Of a stretch of 64,000 nucleotides of DNA, positions 37,044 to 50,168 are shown piece by piece; position 1 is the first letter of the stretch; each line of letters opens with the position of its first letter. The notes below the pieces were generated by a model. That model was given only the letters and a program-made list of their open reading frames with translations, searched no databases and was not told the DNA's origin. The DNA lies in contig NC_043004.1 in NCBI RefSeq assembly GCF_006345805.1, positions 46,562,001 through 46,626,000 of the forward strand. Reading direction: 5' to 3'. Origin of the DNA: Octopus sinensis. Taxonomy: Eukaryota. Position numbers and translations under genes: made by a program.

Positions 37044-39020
37044 TATATATATGTATATTTACAACTATGTATGAATGTGAATCCATTGATTATTCGTCTC
37101 ATTTTCTGTGTCACCTCTCAGAGATTGCTGTTCTTTCATAGAAAAGCCCAGCACGTAATTATGCGTGCATATGTATGTAGAAATTATATTATGCATGCAT
37201 TTAGATTAATTAGAATCTAAAAGTTAATGTATAATATATACAATTTTATGTACAATTATTTCCCGATCAATGTTTACAAATTATAAATGGAAAACAGAAT
37301 TAACCCCCCGAAGCAAATTGAAGTACATGCTTTCTGTTGAATTTTAAAACATGGAATCCTGCATTGGGCACATTCGAAACAAATAACAAATCAATGATAA
37401 TATCTGACAGAATTATATAATATTTTGAACAAAATGAATGCTGATATAAGCGCAAACTCTGATCGAAATTATTTCGGAAATACAGGTCCAGCAATAAATG
37501 TAGTAGAACTCTACAGACATTGCAAATTCTGCTGATTGTTTGAAATATTTATTACCTGTCTGATGTATCTTGTATTTTCTAATATACTGAAAATATTTTG
37601 ATATGAACCTTATTGGATATTTGTTCTCAAATGTCACTGAAACCACATGTCACCTGGCAATTTTAATGTCAAGAAATATATTGTGTATTTTTATACTGAC
37701 AATTATAAACAAACTGTTGGGTTCCTTTCGCTCATGATACCCCTAATTTACTAGAGATCACGTTCTAATTTAGTAATTAGCAAAAAAATCTGTTCCTCGC
37801 AAGACAAAGTGTATTAGGTTCAGATTGGAACGCAGAGATCTAGCAATATTATGTAAAACTAATTTTGCTTAACTTGCAGACCATTGTTGCTATAGCTACA
37901 CTACTTTCGTCTGTGAAGATGTCTACCGTGAAACTAATATGAAGTAACTGCTCATTTACGACCTTGGAAATGAGCATAAAATATGATGAAAAGCAAAATT
38001 TGTGGGAGCGATATTCACTTACGTGAATATCTTGTAATGAAGAAGAAACCGGTGGAGACCAGTTATTGTTCAAGTGATGTTTAGAGACAAATATGCAGCA
38101 TAACTTTGCAAGGTATATGTTACTGAGAATCCGTATGAATTATATTGTCAATAGTTACCCGTTCCTAAGATGAAATCTATTTTCTATAAAGTTAAACATG
38201 TGTAGAAAGTATATAGTGGTGCTATTAAGTTAGACTTTGTCTGGGCCAATCTTTGGTCGAAACATATCTTTGCTATCTAAGTTAAAGTAATTATGTATTA
38301 TACCACAGTATAGGACAGCATTACTAAAACGAAGAAAAAAGGGGCAACTCTTACAATGTAGGCCAGAAATAATTAATACTAGACTTTCTATGAAAAATAG
38401 ATGAGAGTTGAATTATGTACTTATGCGATTTTTCAAACAGTCCATCTCATATAAAAGAACCGAAAACTATTTTTTTTATACACATATGTAGAAAAATAAA
38501 TCCATCTTCAAACAAACTGAAAATAACTTTTAAGAACATCGTAGTCTACATAATCATATAGGTTAGAAACACTACAAGTTTCCTACAGTGAGATATCAGC
38601 CGTGCATCATGATTTAACATTCGAGCACACAAGGCTATCTAGATCCCTAATTCAACATATACACTACTTCTCTCACCAAAATTAATTAGTATCTGTTAAA
38701 ACATTAACTAATATTATTGAAACGGATACCAATATTATATTGAAAGCGTTTATGACGGTGCCTCATGAATGCTGATGTTTGACATTTCTCTGCATTTCTA
38801 TGCGATGAATGTTGCAAACAAGTTGTCGTCCCCATTATATACTTGTATTTGATATGCTTAGAAATAGAGCACATACTATTGACAAAGGCTGTTATACTGA
38901 TGTCAGAACGAATTGTATAGCGATGAAAATTTAATGATCTTATTTGATTGAATAATTACTTAATTTCACAAGAAAACAACTATCATTACTTAACTGGATA
39001 ATTTCCCTGATATAAGTATT

Positions 39021-39348
39021 TAAAAAGACTCCGCCGGTTACGACGACGAGGGTCCCAGCTGATACGATCAACGGAACAGCTTGCTCGTGAAATTAACGTG
39101 CAAATGGCTGAGCATTCCACAGACACGTGTACCCTTAATGTAGTTCTCGGGGATAATCAGCGTGACACAGAGAGTGACAAGGCTGACCCTTTGAAATACA
39201 AGTACAACTCATTTTTGCCAGCTGAGTGGACTGGAGCAACGTGAAATAAAGTGTCTTGCTCAAGGACACAACGCGTCGCCGGGAATCGAACTCACAACCT
39301 TACGATCATGAGCCGAATGCCCTAACCACTAAGCCACGCGCCCTCACT
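39021..39348 (-). mobile_element. CORE-like tRNA SINE, full length, with 13-bp TSD
   Basis: TSD TGATATAAGTATT at 39008-39020 and 39349-39361. tRNA head GTGAGGGCGCGTGGCTTAGTGGTTAGGGC, then TTGTGTCCTTGAGCAAGACACTT. Confidence 0.92.
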
Positions 39349-40082
39349 TGATATAAGTATTAACCAGAATGACGTAGGCGCTCTCTGAAAAGCGTAATGT
39401 GTATATATTTAATATAAATACGGTCTCAAACCAGCCATTTACATGACCATGAACTAGTTTAGTTGCCAACATAAATGAATGGTAATTAACACTTCCTGAG
39501 ACATCATCGTGTTTAATCGACACGTACCCTACGAGAATAAGGCATTAATAGGCGACTACAATGGCACAATACTACTGGAAGTGCACTGATTTATAGAAAC
39601 AGGAAAAAGAAACCATAGTTAGCACCGCTATACAATAAACGTAAAATATATTATAACCTGCAATTTCCTCTCTTTGTCGTAAATCAAAGTGCTCTTCAGA
39701 TACATCAATGCATAGGATAGCTAAAACTGTGTAAATATTATGGGAACTTAAATGTAGACCCATATCCAAATACATGCAACGAGAAACAGGCCACGGCATA
39801 TTTTCTGAGGAAAGAGCAGTTGCCCAAAAAGCAAGCACTCTAATGTAACATCAATGTCTTAACGAAAGAAATTATATTATCATCACAAATAAAGCAAACA
39901 GCTCTCATGGAAAATCTCCACTACTTTATCACAATATCTGTAGAAGCTGAGGAACGGGTCCAATAGAAATCGTAAACCTGGAAAATAAGTATCCTCTGTG
40001 TGAAAAGTCTGGCTGTATACACGTTAGCATATGTCAGGTGCATACAATTCACAACACAGTTAATTAAGATTTATTCAGTGAG

Positions 40083-40310
40083 TTGTATTCAACACATGTT
40101 TACACGTGGAATCCATTAGATGAAGGCAATTTCAAAGTTTTGGCCGATAAAGTTGAACTGAAAAATCCTACAACGAGGCATGAATTGCACGAAGCCGTCT
40201 TGCAGTCTTGGGAAGAGCTATCTGAGCGGGAAATTCGTGGATGTATTCAACATCAAACTCGTGTTCGGCGTCAAATAGTTGACTGTTGTGGTGGTAACAG
40301 ATTCGTGTAA
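40083..40310 (+). mobile_element. Tc1/maT-like transposase C-terminal remnant
   Basis: WNPLDEGNFKVLADKV..KNPTTRHELHEAVLQSWEEL....IRGCI....VRRQIVDCCGGNRF fits the NPLD...W...GG C-terminus of Tc1-like transposases. Confidence 0.65.
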
Positions 40311-42476
40311 TACATTTTGTGTTTATTTTTGTTTCATAATATATATTTTTTCGGATGCAGCCACACTTTTCACACAATATATTCAACAATATGTTTTCTA
40401 CAGAAAATCGGAAATATTACATTTGCACGGTCGTACACGTTCCTGTGAAAAATTTCAGCTACTGAGCACAAATACATTGCTACTGATGGCATCACTGGTA
40501 AGTTGTCCGCTACATACGATGTCAACAACACCTTTGCAACTGACTCTATAAATACACTTAACGCTCCTTATCTTACAGACCAATGTATTTCCTGTTATTG
40601 CAGAAATCCTTACTATCCACACACATTAACAGCTTACATAAAATCAGTGATATAATGCTCTTCCTGTTCTGTTTGAGGATATCTTTATCAGAGGTGAATC
40701 TGATCACGGCATATTTCTGTGGAGCTTACGGTAGTTCAACAAAAACTTCGCCGTATCTGACGTTTACTCGTTTGTACCGAACATGGATTGGCATGGACTG
40801 CACTCTACTCATCACTTGTACCTATTGTCTTTGTTCCTCACATGCTAGAAATTGGATTCAGACTCGTTAGACTGCTCAATCTCATCGTTTTAGTGTGTTC
40901 TTTATTATATCATACGAAGATGCCTGTTTTCATGACAGAAAACTATTCTGTATTTATTCAGCGTAAACCACACTTCATTAAAGCCTTGTTCTTCCTCAAA
41001 TCTGAACATTAAAGATATTCACGCGTTCAAAGTGATGTATAAATACAAATCAATTTTGTGGGCATCTGGATGCACCTCCTATACTGTGGCTGCAAAAGAT
41101 TAGAATCTTCATTTGAAATGTTTGTCTACAAGGGAATGCCAAGGTAACAACTGGTACAAACCACATAGAATATTCAATATTAAATGTAGGTTATATTTTC
41201 GTTATGGCAGTTTGAATCATAACTAACCGCTAATCCGAAATGCAGGTTTCTTCGTATACATATTTTGACGTGTTATAATAAACTTATATTACAAACCGAA
41301 ATATCCTTTCCTCACATATCCGTCGATAATCGTTTTCGGCAAAAGCATATTCTTCGATTTTCTTATTCATTTCCAAAGATAAATAAAGCTTCGCAGGACG
41401 TGTCTTCTGCGCTATAAAGGCATTTTACAAATATATGCAACAATACTCTTTTAATTTGATCTGCGGCAAATATATGGTAATTGTAAGCAAATGTTTTTTA
41501 TTATTATTTTTTTTTTTTCAGTGTTTTCTGATAGTAGAATGAGGCATATTATATAACACAAGGGCATCAGCATAATTAATTTATTCAAAAGCCGAAACAA
41601 TATTTCTAAGGCGGCACTTTTCTGCAGTCATTTACTCTGATATCAATATTATATGAAACCGGTGAAAACACACAACGTTTCGTACTTTTGGCGGGTGCGT
41701 GATAGTACTTCGGTTTCTGGCTAGCTTTGTGATAAGCATTTCCTTCCCTCTATTCTTGTTGTTCCATCTACGTTTTATGAAAGATAACTACACTCAACAC
41801 GGAATATCTACCTACCTCTCTTTATTTGTGCATCGATCTGTGTGTTCTAATTGTAGACATATTTTATATTAACACAAAAACAGTATAACGACTGCAGCTT
41901 TATGTGAGATATCTATCGTAAAATGATGAGATGTATATTGTAGCAATTACGTTTTGTTCCACATGTGATTCTACTGGTCGCTGCAGGAGAGCACGGTCGA
42001 TAAAATGGTTACTCTGGCACCATCGACGGAACATAAAAGATATGCAACAAATTTTAGCCTGAATATAAGTTTTCTAATGATAGCAAGAAATATAAGATGC
42101 CCAGTGACGGTAAATAATGAGTAGTCCCTAAGAAGATAGCCAGTCTCTATTTTAGAAATACGTACTCCCAAGACATGTACAGCCTTGTACCTATATGCAT
42201 GTCTGCATGACTATCTCTTATTTCACACACACTCGCGCAAGCACACACATATACACCTACATACTCACACACACACACAATATATTTATATATATATATA
42301 TATAAATATACATCATACGTACATAAATATATATGAGTGTGTGTTATCGTGTATATATATATATATATATATACATATATATATACAGAGAGTGTGATAG
42401 AGAGAGGGAGAGAAAGAAAGAGTTAGTAGTTGTAGTAACCCACAAACGCTAAACATGTTTATATGTCGTCTATAGT

Positions 42477-42871
42477 TTTCTACTCTAGGCTCAAGGCCCG
42501 AAATATTTGGGGATGGAGCCAGTCGACTAGATCGACTCCAGTACACAAATGATACATAATTTATCGACCCCGAAATGAATAAAGGCAAAGTCGACCAAAG
42601 CGGAATTTGAACTCAGAACGTATAGACAGATGAAATACCAATTTCTTTACTACCCACAAGGGGCTAAACACAGAGGATACAAACAAGGACAGACAAATGG
42701 ATTAAGCCGATTACATCGACCCCAGTGCGTAACTGGTACTTAATTTATCGATCCCGAAAGGATGAAAGGCAAAGTCGTCCTCGGCGGAATTTGAACTCAG
42801 AACGTAACGCCAGACGAGATACGGCTACGCATTTCGCCGGCGTGCTAAGGTTTCTGCCAGCTCACCGCCTT
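42477..42871 (-). mobile_element. Tandem SINE family C dimer (42640-42871 full length; 42477-42639 headless, older)
   Basis: Two family C bodies joined at GAAATAC|C. Confidence 0.9.
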
Positions 42872-43066
42872 GATAGTTGTGAAAATACCTTTAGAAAATC
42901 AATTAAACTATGCCTATAAACGCAATAATATAGTCAGCATCTTTCTAGAGAATCGAACTCTGTACCTGTGAGACTATTCCCATAGTTACTTTTTGCGTCC
43001 TTGACTTTTTCATTTTGAAAAATGTCACTCACTCGACGCGTTATTATTTGTTTATAAAAATATACG

Positions 43067-43157
<91 letters not shown>

Positions 43158-44290
43158 TATATAAGTGTTTATAAAGATGAATAGATAAATAGATTAAATA
43201 GATTAAAAGGATAAACACTTACTCAAGAGACGAGAACAAATTTCCTTTTTTTTTCCTTCCCGCCGGGATGTGGCCGAACAAAAATAATCAAACAAGTCAG
43301 ACTGCGAACGTGCATGTATCTATTCACGTGTTTGACTGGAAAGGTTTTGACATATATAGATACCTTACTAGTAGCATATTTATATATTTGTTCACTTTAT
43401 TTTATGGATGCTTAATCGTCAATAACATGAAATAACAGCCTCGCGAGCTCACATAGAACTAAGCTGATCAGAAGATGAACAGCAACAGAGATACTGTGTC
43501 AATAGCGTATTTAAACTGTAGGCTTTTATCAATTTGAGGGGAAATTCAGCAACGGTTTACGATCACGGATTCATGCTATTTGCAGTTAAAACCTTTGGGC
43601 AGACACTGAATCGACAGTAATCATTGATCGCTGCTTTTCATTTTGTATTTTTGTTTCCAACTCAGAAATAGGTTTCATTTAAATTTCATGTGTGTGAGAA
43701 CGAAGTATTTTACTATCCGATTATCGGATATGTCACCATAACACTTTGCTCCTTTCCGCTTTCGTGTTTGAATTTTTGTCAACTTCCAGTCATATTAACT
43801 CTGCATATGCAGCTCCCATTCAGTCTTTTCTTTCTTTGTCTTTTTGCTTTTAGTTATTTATTGACTTCTTTTTTCTTCTATCTACAGTTATATTTCTCAT
43901 ATTCATACATTTTACGAGTTGCATCGCATTATTGACTTTCTAATTTTTTTTTTCACATTTCTTGTAGATATTTTATATTATTTCAGCAAAATTCTCTTCG
44001 TCAGTTTTTTTTTGAGCAAATATATAAAATCTTAATACTCTAAATCTAAGTTGTATTTTAGAAGAAGTAGAGCGCTGATTCACGTTGAGGAAACGGGAAC
44101 AGTTTTAATGGACAACCAAAAGTCATGCTTTTCGCACGATGTCACTTTTTCACATTCAAAAGCACTTGTGCACGAACACATACACATACATAAAGACACT
44201 TGAATATATATATATATATATAAATATATATGCGTTTGTTTGTATCTGAGTGTGTGTGTCTGTGTGTGAATGTGTATTCTTTTTTTTCTT

Positions 44291-44482
44291 TTTACTTGTT
44301 TCAGTCATTTTGACTGCGGCCATGCTGGAGCACCGCCTTTAATCGAGCAATTCGACCCCGGGGCTTATTCTTTTTAAGCCCAGTACTTATTCTATCGGTC
44401 TCTTTTGCCGAACTGCTAAGTGACGGCGACATAAACACACCAGCATCGGTTGTCAAGCAATGCTAGGGGGACAAACACAGAC
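44291..44482 (-). mobile_element. SINE family A, 3' half
   Basis: Matches the tail half of 388-779. Confidence 0.85.
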
Positions 44483-44629
44483 ATACATATCTATATGTAT
44501 AGATATCTATATCTATCTATAACTATCTACCTATCTATATATCAATCGCGCTCTCTCTCTCCCTCTCTCTCTGATTAATAAATTTCCAGATTGTTACCAG
44601 AGTAATAAAGCTGAAGTACGCTAAGTGAA

Positions 44630-45387
44630 GCACAGATTGACCTTCAATGCTGCTGTACATAGACACTAAATGTTAGCGTCCTAGCACACTTCTGCTGTTT
44701 ACAGCAGTGCTTGGGAGGAGAAATGTGTGGAGCGTGTGATCGTCACATTGACCATGGCAGAAAAAATTGAGCAGAGAATCCACATCAAATTTTGCCAAAA
44801 TCTTGGCGATACCTGTTCAGAGGCCTACGCAGAGTTTTCGAAAAGTTTTCATTGTTCTCGACACAATCAAGATCTTGTGTAACTTAAAACCCGATTGACT
44901 CTTTGGTTAGCTGAAAGCGGTTTTGGCACAAACTTAGCAAACATGTGTCTCATACCCAAGTCTTCAGTGATAATGTACTGGACTGAATCGTAACTAATCT
45001 GCATATCCTCTGATAACTCACGAATGGTGACTCGACGATTTCCCCTCATAGCTGCAGGCACATCTGCGATGCTTTTCACAGTTCTGCTTATTTCGGGCCT
45101 CCCAGAACATTCGTCAATATCGACACTCTTTCTGTCATCTTGGAAATGTCTGAGCTACTCGTATACTTCGTATACTTGTGTGCGACTCATACACTCCTCT
45201 CCATACACTTCCTGCAACTTTGCTTAGGCTTCTGAGCAGGTATCGCCATGGCAAGTTGCTCTGTCATGGTGAATGCCACGATTACATATTATACACCATT
45301 CTTACAAGCTCTGCTGTAAACAGCAGAAGTGAGCTAGAACGTTAAAACTTGGTATACATGCACAGCAGATTCCAAGGTCAATCTGCG
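44630..45387. mobile_element. Mariner-derived fold-back: two inverted 5' ends
   Basis: + arm encodes MAEKIEQRIHIKFCQNLGDTCSEAY. The - arm carries the same leader plus SGRP..NRRVTIRELSEDMQISY..LGMRHMFAKFVPK. Confidence 0.8.
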
Positions 45388-45493
45388 TAAAGCAACTATA
45401 TTCTGCCTTCTTTAGCTTTGTTACTATGGCAACAGTCCGAATACTTTTTGATCAAACCTCATTTATATATATATATGTGTGTGTGTGTGTGTC

Positions 45494-45546
<53 letters not shown>

Positions 45547-45549
<3 letters not shown>

Positions 45550-45730
45550 GCCATGATAGATCGTTAGCCACTACACACATTTTTTTCTCTCCTTGTTTTT
45601 TCTGTGTACCTTTCTGTAGAATAGCGTAGACTCGAAACGCAAAAAGACTTTTTCTACTCCTGAGCATTATACTAATACATCTTTTTGTCTTGTACACCAC
45701 CTGTCTTCATCTTTTTTTCGTAAAGTTTCC

Positions 45731-45732
<2 letters not shown>
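45547..45732 (+). mobile_element. Short repeat family H, copy 3
   Basis: Matches copies 1 and 2; bounded by (TG)n and (TA)n. Confidence 0.85.
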
Positions 45733-45774
<42 letters not shown>

Positions 45775-46087
45775 ATATAATGTAAACAGCAGTTTGCAAT
45801 GTTTCATAAGAAAGGAGGATTACAATTGTCACTAGGTGTGACTGGGGTGTTAGAAACACTTATACTTCTAGAAATTCGGCCTAAAATACTCTGATGCTGT
45901 AGTCAACGCATATATTGTATCATTCCATAAATAATACATGAGCTAAAAGACAGAGGTGAACGGAATACATTACCTGCATCAACTTGTTATAAAAGCAGAT
46001 ACCAATTTTGCATTGTATTTATTCTTGGTGCAAGTTTTGAAGAGTGCGGTTCAATTTCAACAATCATGTTTTCAAAGCTATAATACA

Positions 46088-46536
46088 ATGACAAAGGAGT
46101 ATATTCGGCATATTTGTATTATGAGTTCAATAAAAGCAACAGCGCAACGGAAAGTGCAAGGGATTTTAATGCAGTATTTGGCGATTGGTCAATAAACGCA
46201 AGCCAGTGTCAACGGTGGTTCCAGACATTCTCATCCAGATGCTACTACCTAGAAGACGGCCCTCGACCTGGAAGCACTGTAGAGCTCGACGTGGACATTC
46301 TAGAAACCCTGATAGAACAAAATTATATCGTAACTGTTGAGGAACTAGCAGGGCAGCTTGGAGTTTGTCATTCAGCCATTTATCTACACCTGCGTGTCAG
46401 TAAATTGAGTCTATGTGTACCTCAGAAAGTTTCAGAATCAAATAACGCACAGAGTGAATGTGTGCTCTTCTTGCTGTCACATCACATGAATGAACCTGTC
46501 TTGGACCGAATAGTGACTGGCGACGAGAAATGGGTT
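46088..46536 (+). mobile_element. Mariner transposase N-terminal half, truncated at the TGDEKW motif
   Basis: MTKEYIRHI..YEFNKSNSATESAR...WFQTF...LEDGPRPG...TVEELAGQLG...LDRIVTGDEKWV. Confidence 0.9.
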
Positions 46537-46539
46537 CCT

Positions 46540-47010
46540 GTGACCAGCCTTTCTTTCTCTCCATTTTTTACACCGGTCGCGTGGCTGACCGGTCCTGATT
46601 TCTCTGTGTCCCGCCCACTGGCACCTCTTCTTATTTGTTGTATTTGTAATCCTTTAGGATTCCATCTAAGAGTAACACATCATTCGTGTCTTTTTGGCCC
46701 TGAGGTTATATTTTGCTCGTTTCTTATTTATTTCCTCTTTGTCCTTCGTGCATCATCTTCAATTACATTTCGTATGTCCACTCCCGTATCGCTTGTTAAC
46801 CATGTATTGATTAATATTCGTTCTATATTCTCCGTAAACTCTCGCGGGCACTGCCAACATGATGGACCTCCCGGAAAGAGTAATACGATCTGCCTGATAA
46901 CTGATCAAGAAGTAGGAGCATCCGATGTCTGTCTTATGTTTGTTGGTGCTCTCAATATACGTTTTTTTACGTGTCATTTATCTGCAATACATTTTTCTAT
47001 TTGTGTATAT
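46540..47010 (-). mobile_element. Probable Penelope-like 3' fragment (degenerate GIY-YIG)
   Basis: Minus-strand KKTYIESTNKH resembles YIG(E/S)T; downstream ENIERILINTWLTSDTG resembles the E..I...N.D.G end. Weak. Confidence 0.4.
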
Positions 47011-47230
47011 ATATTTATTATATCATAGGCACAGGCGTGGCTGTGTGATAACAAACTTGCTTCCTAAAAAAAGGTATTTTAACATTAAAAAAACTTTTTA
47101 ATACTCATATATATTGTTTTAATGTTAAAATACCATAATAAAAAAACGTCAAAACCAGACAGTGTTTTAACTTTAGTCCCATGATGTACTTTTCTATATA
47201 CGTTCACACAAATTCAAAACAATATCTATT

Positions 47231-47272
<42 letters not shown>

Positions 47273-47569
47273 CATATGAAGCATCCTCTTATCCATACTG
47301 ATATGGATCAGACAGACCTTGCACAGCCGAATAACTTTCCTGTGCCCATTCTCACATGTTTCCAGGTAAAGTAATGTTTGCCATGCACTAACGTGATTAC
47401 GTGAATATTAGAAAGAAAGAACATTTCACCTGCTTTCAACTATTGCCCGATGTCAAGGTAGGGAGATGTTAAGACAAAGACACAGAGGTACACACACATG
47501 CACATGTATATAAATATATACATACATATATATAATTGATTAAGTAACAACATGACCACCTAAAATGAA

Positions 47570-47870
47570 GAACGTTAGCGGTACGCTACTTTACGTACGG
47601 ATGTACTTAATTGGCCCGCACTGCAAAGAGGGGTACAAAAAAAACATAATGCACAGAGACCAATGCATACGGGACAGTAGCTGGATGAGTCGAAAAGATT
47701 GTCGTAAAAAATATGGACCAATACCATACCCGTTTTCTGGTTACTTCATCCGTTATTACCTCAACTAACACGGCAGAATTCGTGACGTAGATCCAACGGA
47801 AATATACGCCATTTGAAGGTGACACTAGGAAGCCTAAACCGTACCAATGCTTTACTCAATTCTTCAACAC
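47570..47870 (+). mobile_element. Degenerate CR1-group (L2/Crack/Daphne-like) LINE 3' end
   Basis: One frame reads VLNWPALQ...LS*KI....LLHPLLPQ...NRTNALLNS, resembling LNWP.L..RR...LHPLLP...RT.RF.NSF. Confidence 0.4.
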
Positions 47871-47919
47871 CATAATGAATATCTACCCATTAGTCCAAAA
47901 TATTACACACACACACACA

Positions 47920-47950
<31 letters not shown>

Positions 47951-48042
47951 TACACACATACACACACATATTTATTATTACTTGTTTACACTTTTTCGAT
48001 ATCAGTGACTTTTCGTCACTGGAAAAAAGATATATATATATA

Positions 48043-48300
48043 TTTGCATCGGAGACCCACTTTTCGTCGACAATCGGTGATTGTCACACGCTGATGACGG
48101 GTCAATACCTAGAAACTCGAGTCCGTGTGTATCATGTCAGATTGAAAATGGGAAGGATGGCTTCCCTTTGCAAATACTGATAGGGCACAGAAAGTGTGTC
48201 AATAGCCAGCTGGAGGAGGTGCCCTCCTGGGTCTACTTGCAACAGTATCATCCCCCCTTAAGAGTTAGTCACATTTAGGTGGCAAATATAATTCACGATG
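48043..48300 (+). mobile_element. Hammerhead-bearing short element in a (TA)n context (Penelope pseudo-LTR-like)
   Basis: About 260 bp of complex sequence between TA-rich runs, containing the HHR below. Confidence 0.6.
48085..48129 (+). ncRNA. Minimal type I hammerhead ribozyme
   Basis: CACACG CUGAUGA CGGGU CAAU ACCUA GAAA C UCGA G UC CGUGUG: 6-bp stem I, GUC triplet, palindromic loop III. Confidence 0.85.
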
Positions 48301-48402
48301 TGTATATATATATATATATATAAATATATATATATATAAATAATATATATATATATATATGTGTGTGTATGCGTGTGTGTTTGTATGTGCGTGTGTGTGT
48401 GC

Positions 48403-48438
<36 letters not shown>

Positions 48439-48492
48439 GCACACACACACAAATACACACACACACACACGCACATACAAACACACACGCAT

Positions 48493-48523
<31 letters not shown>

Positions 48524-50126
48524 CAAACACGGAAAATGTATATATCGGAAAATGAAACTACTTCGTATTTTCCGAATGTGTCATGCTGTTCCTCTGGATT
48601 TTCTTTCATAAAAACATAAACTTCAAAGTTAGTGTTACAGTTTAAAGAGATTCAGCTTCATATATAATATAGAAAGTTATTTCTATAGACTGTTTTATAA
48701 TATATATGTTTGTAAAGATAAATATTCAGTAAGAACAAACGTTTACACACATTAGTGTGCGTACATGTTTGACCTTACATGCGTGTTTTTCTTCTGTGTG
48801 TGCAATTGAGGACGTATTTTAAATTTATATATGCGTTAATAAGTTAGTAATTAAGTAATATTGTAAAACACACGAGTAGATAAAACTTGTCAGCTCATCA
48901 TTTATGGATATATAATGCATCAGCTTTTTGATACCATTTCAGATTTTTAATCGCCCGAATTAAGAATAGTAAAATAATCCCAACATAGCATAATCTGCTT
49001 TCAACCGACCGACTTTCAACTAAACGTTACATTCCCATCTCTTCATAAAAGAATATGGTAAACCCACTCTTTTCAGCGACTTTCATGATCTTTTTTATAT
49101 CAAACAGTTATTATTTTTTTTTTGGTTTTAAATACAAATGATATTAAAAGCGAACAATACACGAACGACCGGAAAACCAGTGAGAAGCAAATAAGTTATC
49201 CAGTAATAAATAAATAATTGGAAAGAAGGTGATTTTAATAAACACACATTCACATCCGATATGATAGAGCAATAAGGAATACTATTTGTGAGACAAATAC
49301 TAACATTTCCGCTTTTTTAACAAATGAGGAAACATGAAAATAAAATTTTAAAAAACCTCTAAGAGAGCCAGTAATTTTTGAGTGATATACTACAGAGGAA
49401 TGATAATGCAAAAGTTATAAATTAATTATGCTTCAGCGATATTTGCATATAATCATTTATATGAAAATATAATAAATGATATCCTATGCAGTGATAATAG
49501 TTTTAGTTGTACTTTTTTTTTTATTAATCGTGTCAGTTGTTGTTTTTATTTGAAATATATGAAATGGCAAAAGAGCAGGAAATGTTAGCCGAATTACAAA
49601 AAAAATTTCTTGCACATTAATTAATCAATGAAAACATTTTATACGTGTCATTGAAGCGCAAAAAAGATAATAAACGTTAAAAAAAAATAACTAAAAAGCA
49701 TTAAAGGAATAACTAAATATGTAAGATTAAATTAATAATATTTGTGTTCACCAATTTCACAGCGGCTGAATCTAAAATCGGGAAAATGTCGTTGGACCCA
49801 GAGGAAAAGGGGAGAAAATGAAAAAAATTGATAATAATAATAATAGAAAGGTTAAAAATGAATTAAGAAGTTATAGCGATAAATTCTTGATGAATCTGAT
49901 TGATGACCTAAAATTCTTGACATAGGATTTTTCAAATAACTAGTTCTGCAACGATAGCTGTGATTAATTTCTTCTTCTGGCTTCTTTAAACCATTTATTG
50001 GAAATTATTTCCCCTCCAAACGTTCAGCGTTCGCTTGAACCGATACATATAGAACGACTCACACAGATATATAAAAACGTAAAAGTACGTGAAAGTTCAT
50101 ATACATACAGATATGTTCCTATAATA

Positions 50127-50168
<42 letters not shown>

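Noticed and set aside
39645-39710. CTGAAGA...GAAA on the minus strand
   Set aside because: Stem II base is unpaired and stem III is poor; the region may instead be Tc1-like coding remnant.
41630-41715. GTAC...GTAC-GAAAC-GTT motif on the minus strand
   Set aside because: The CUGANGA core is missing; too degenerate to call.
46114-47028. Treating the 304-aa ORF as a host gene
   Set aside because: The N-half is a mariner transposase remnant and the C-half is unrelated repeat sequence; there is no evidence of function.
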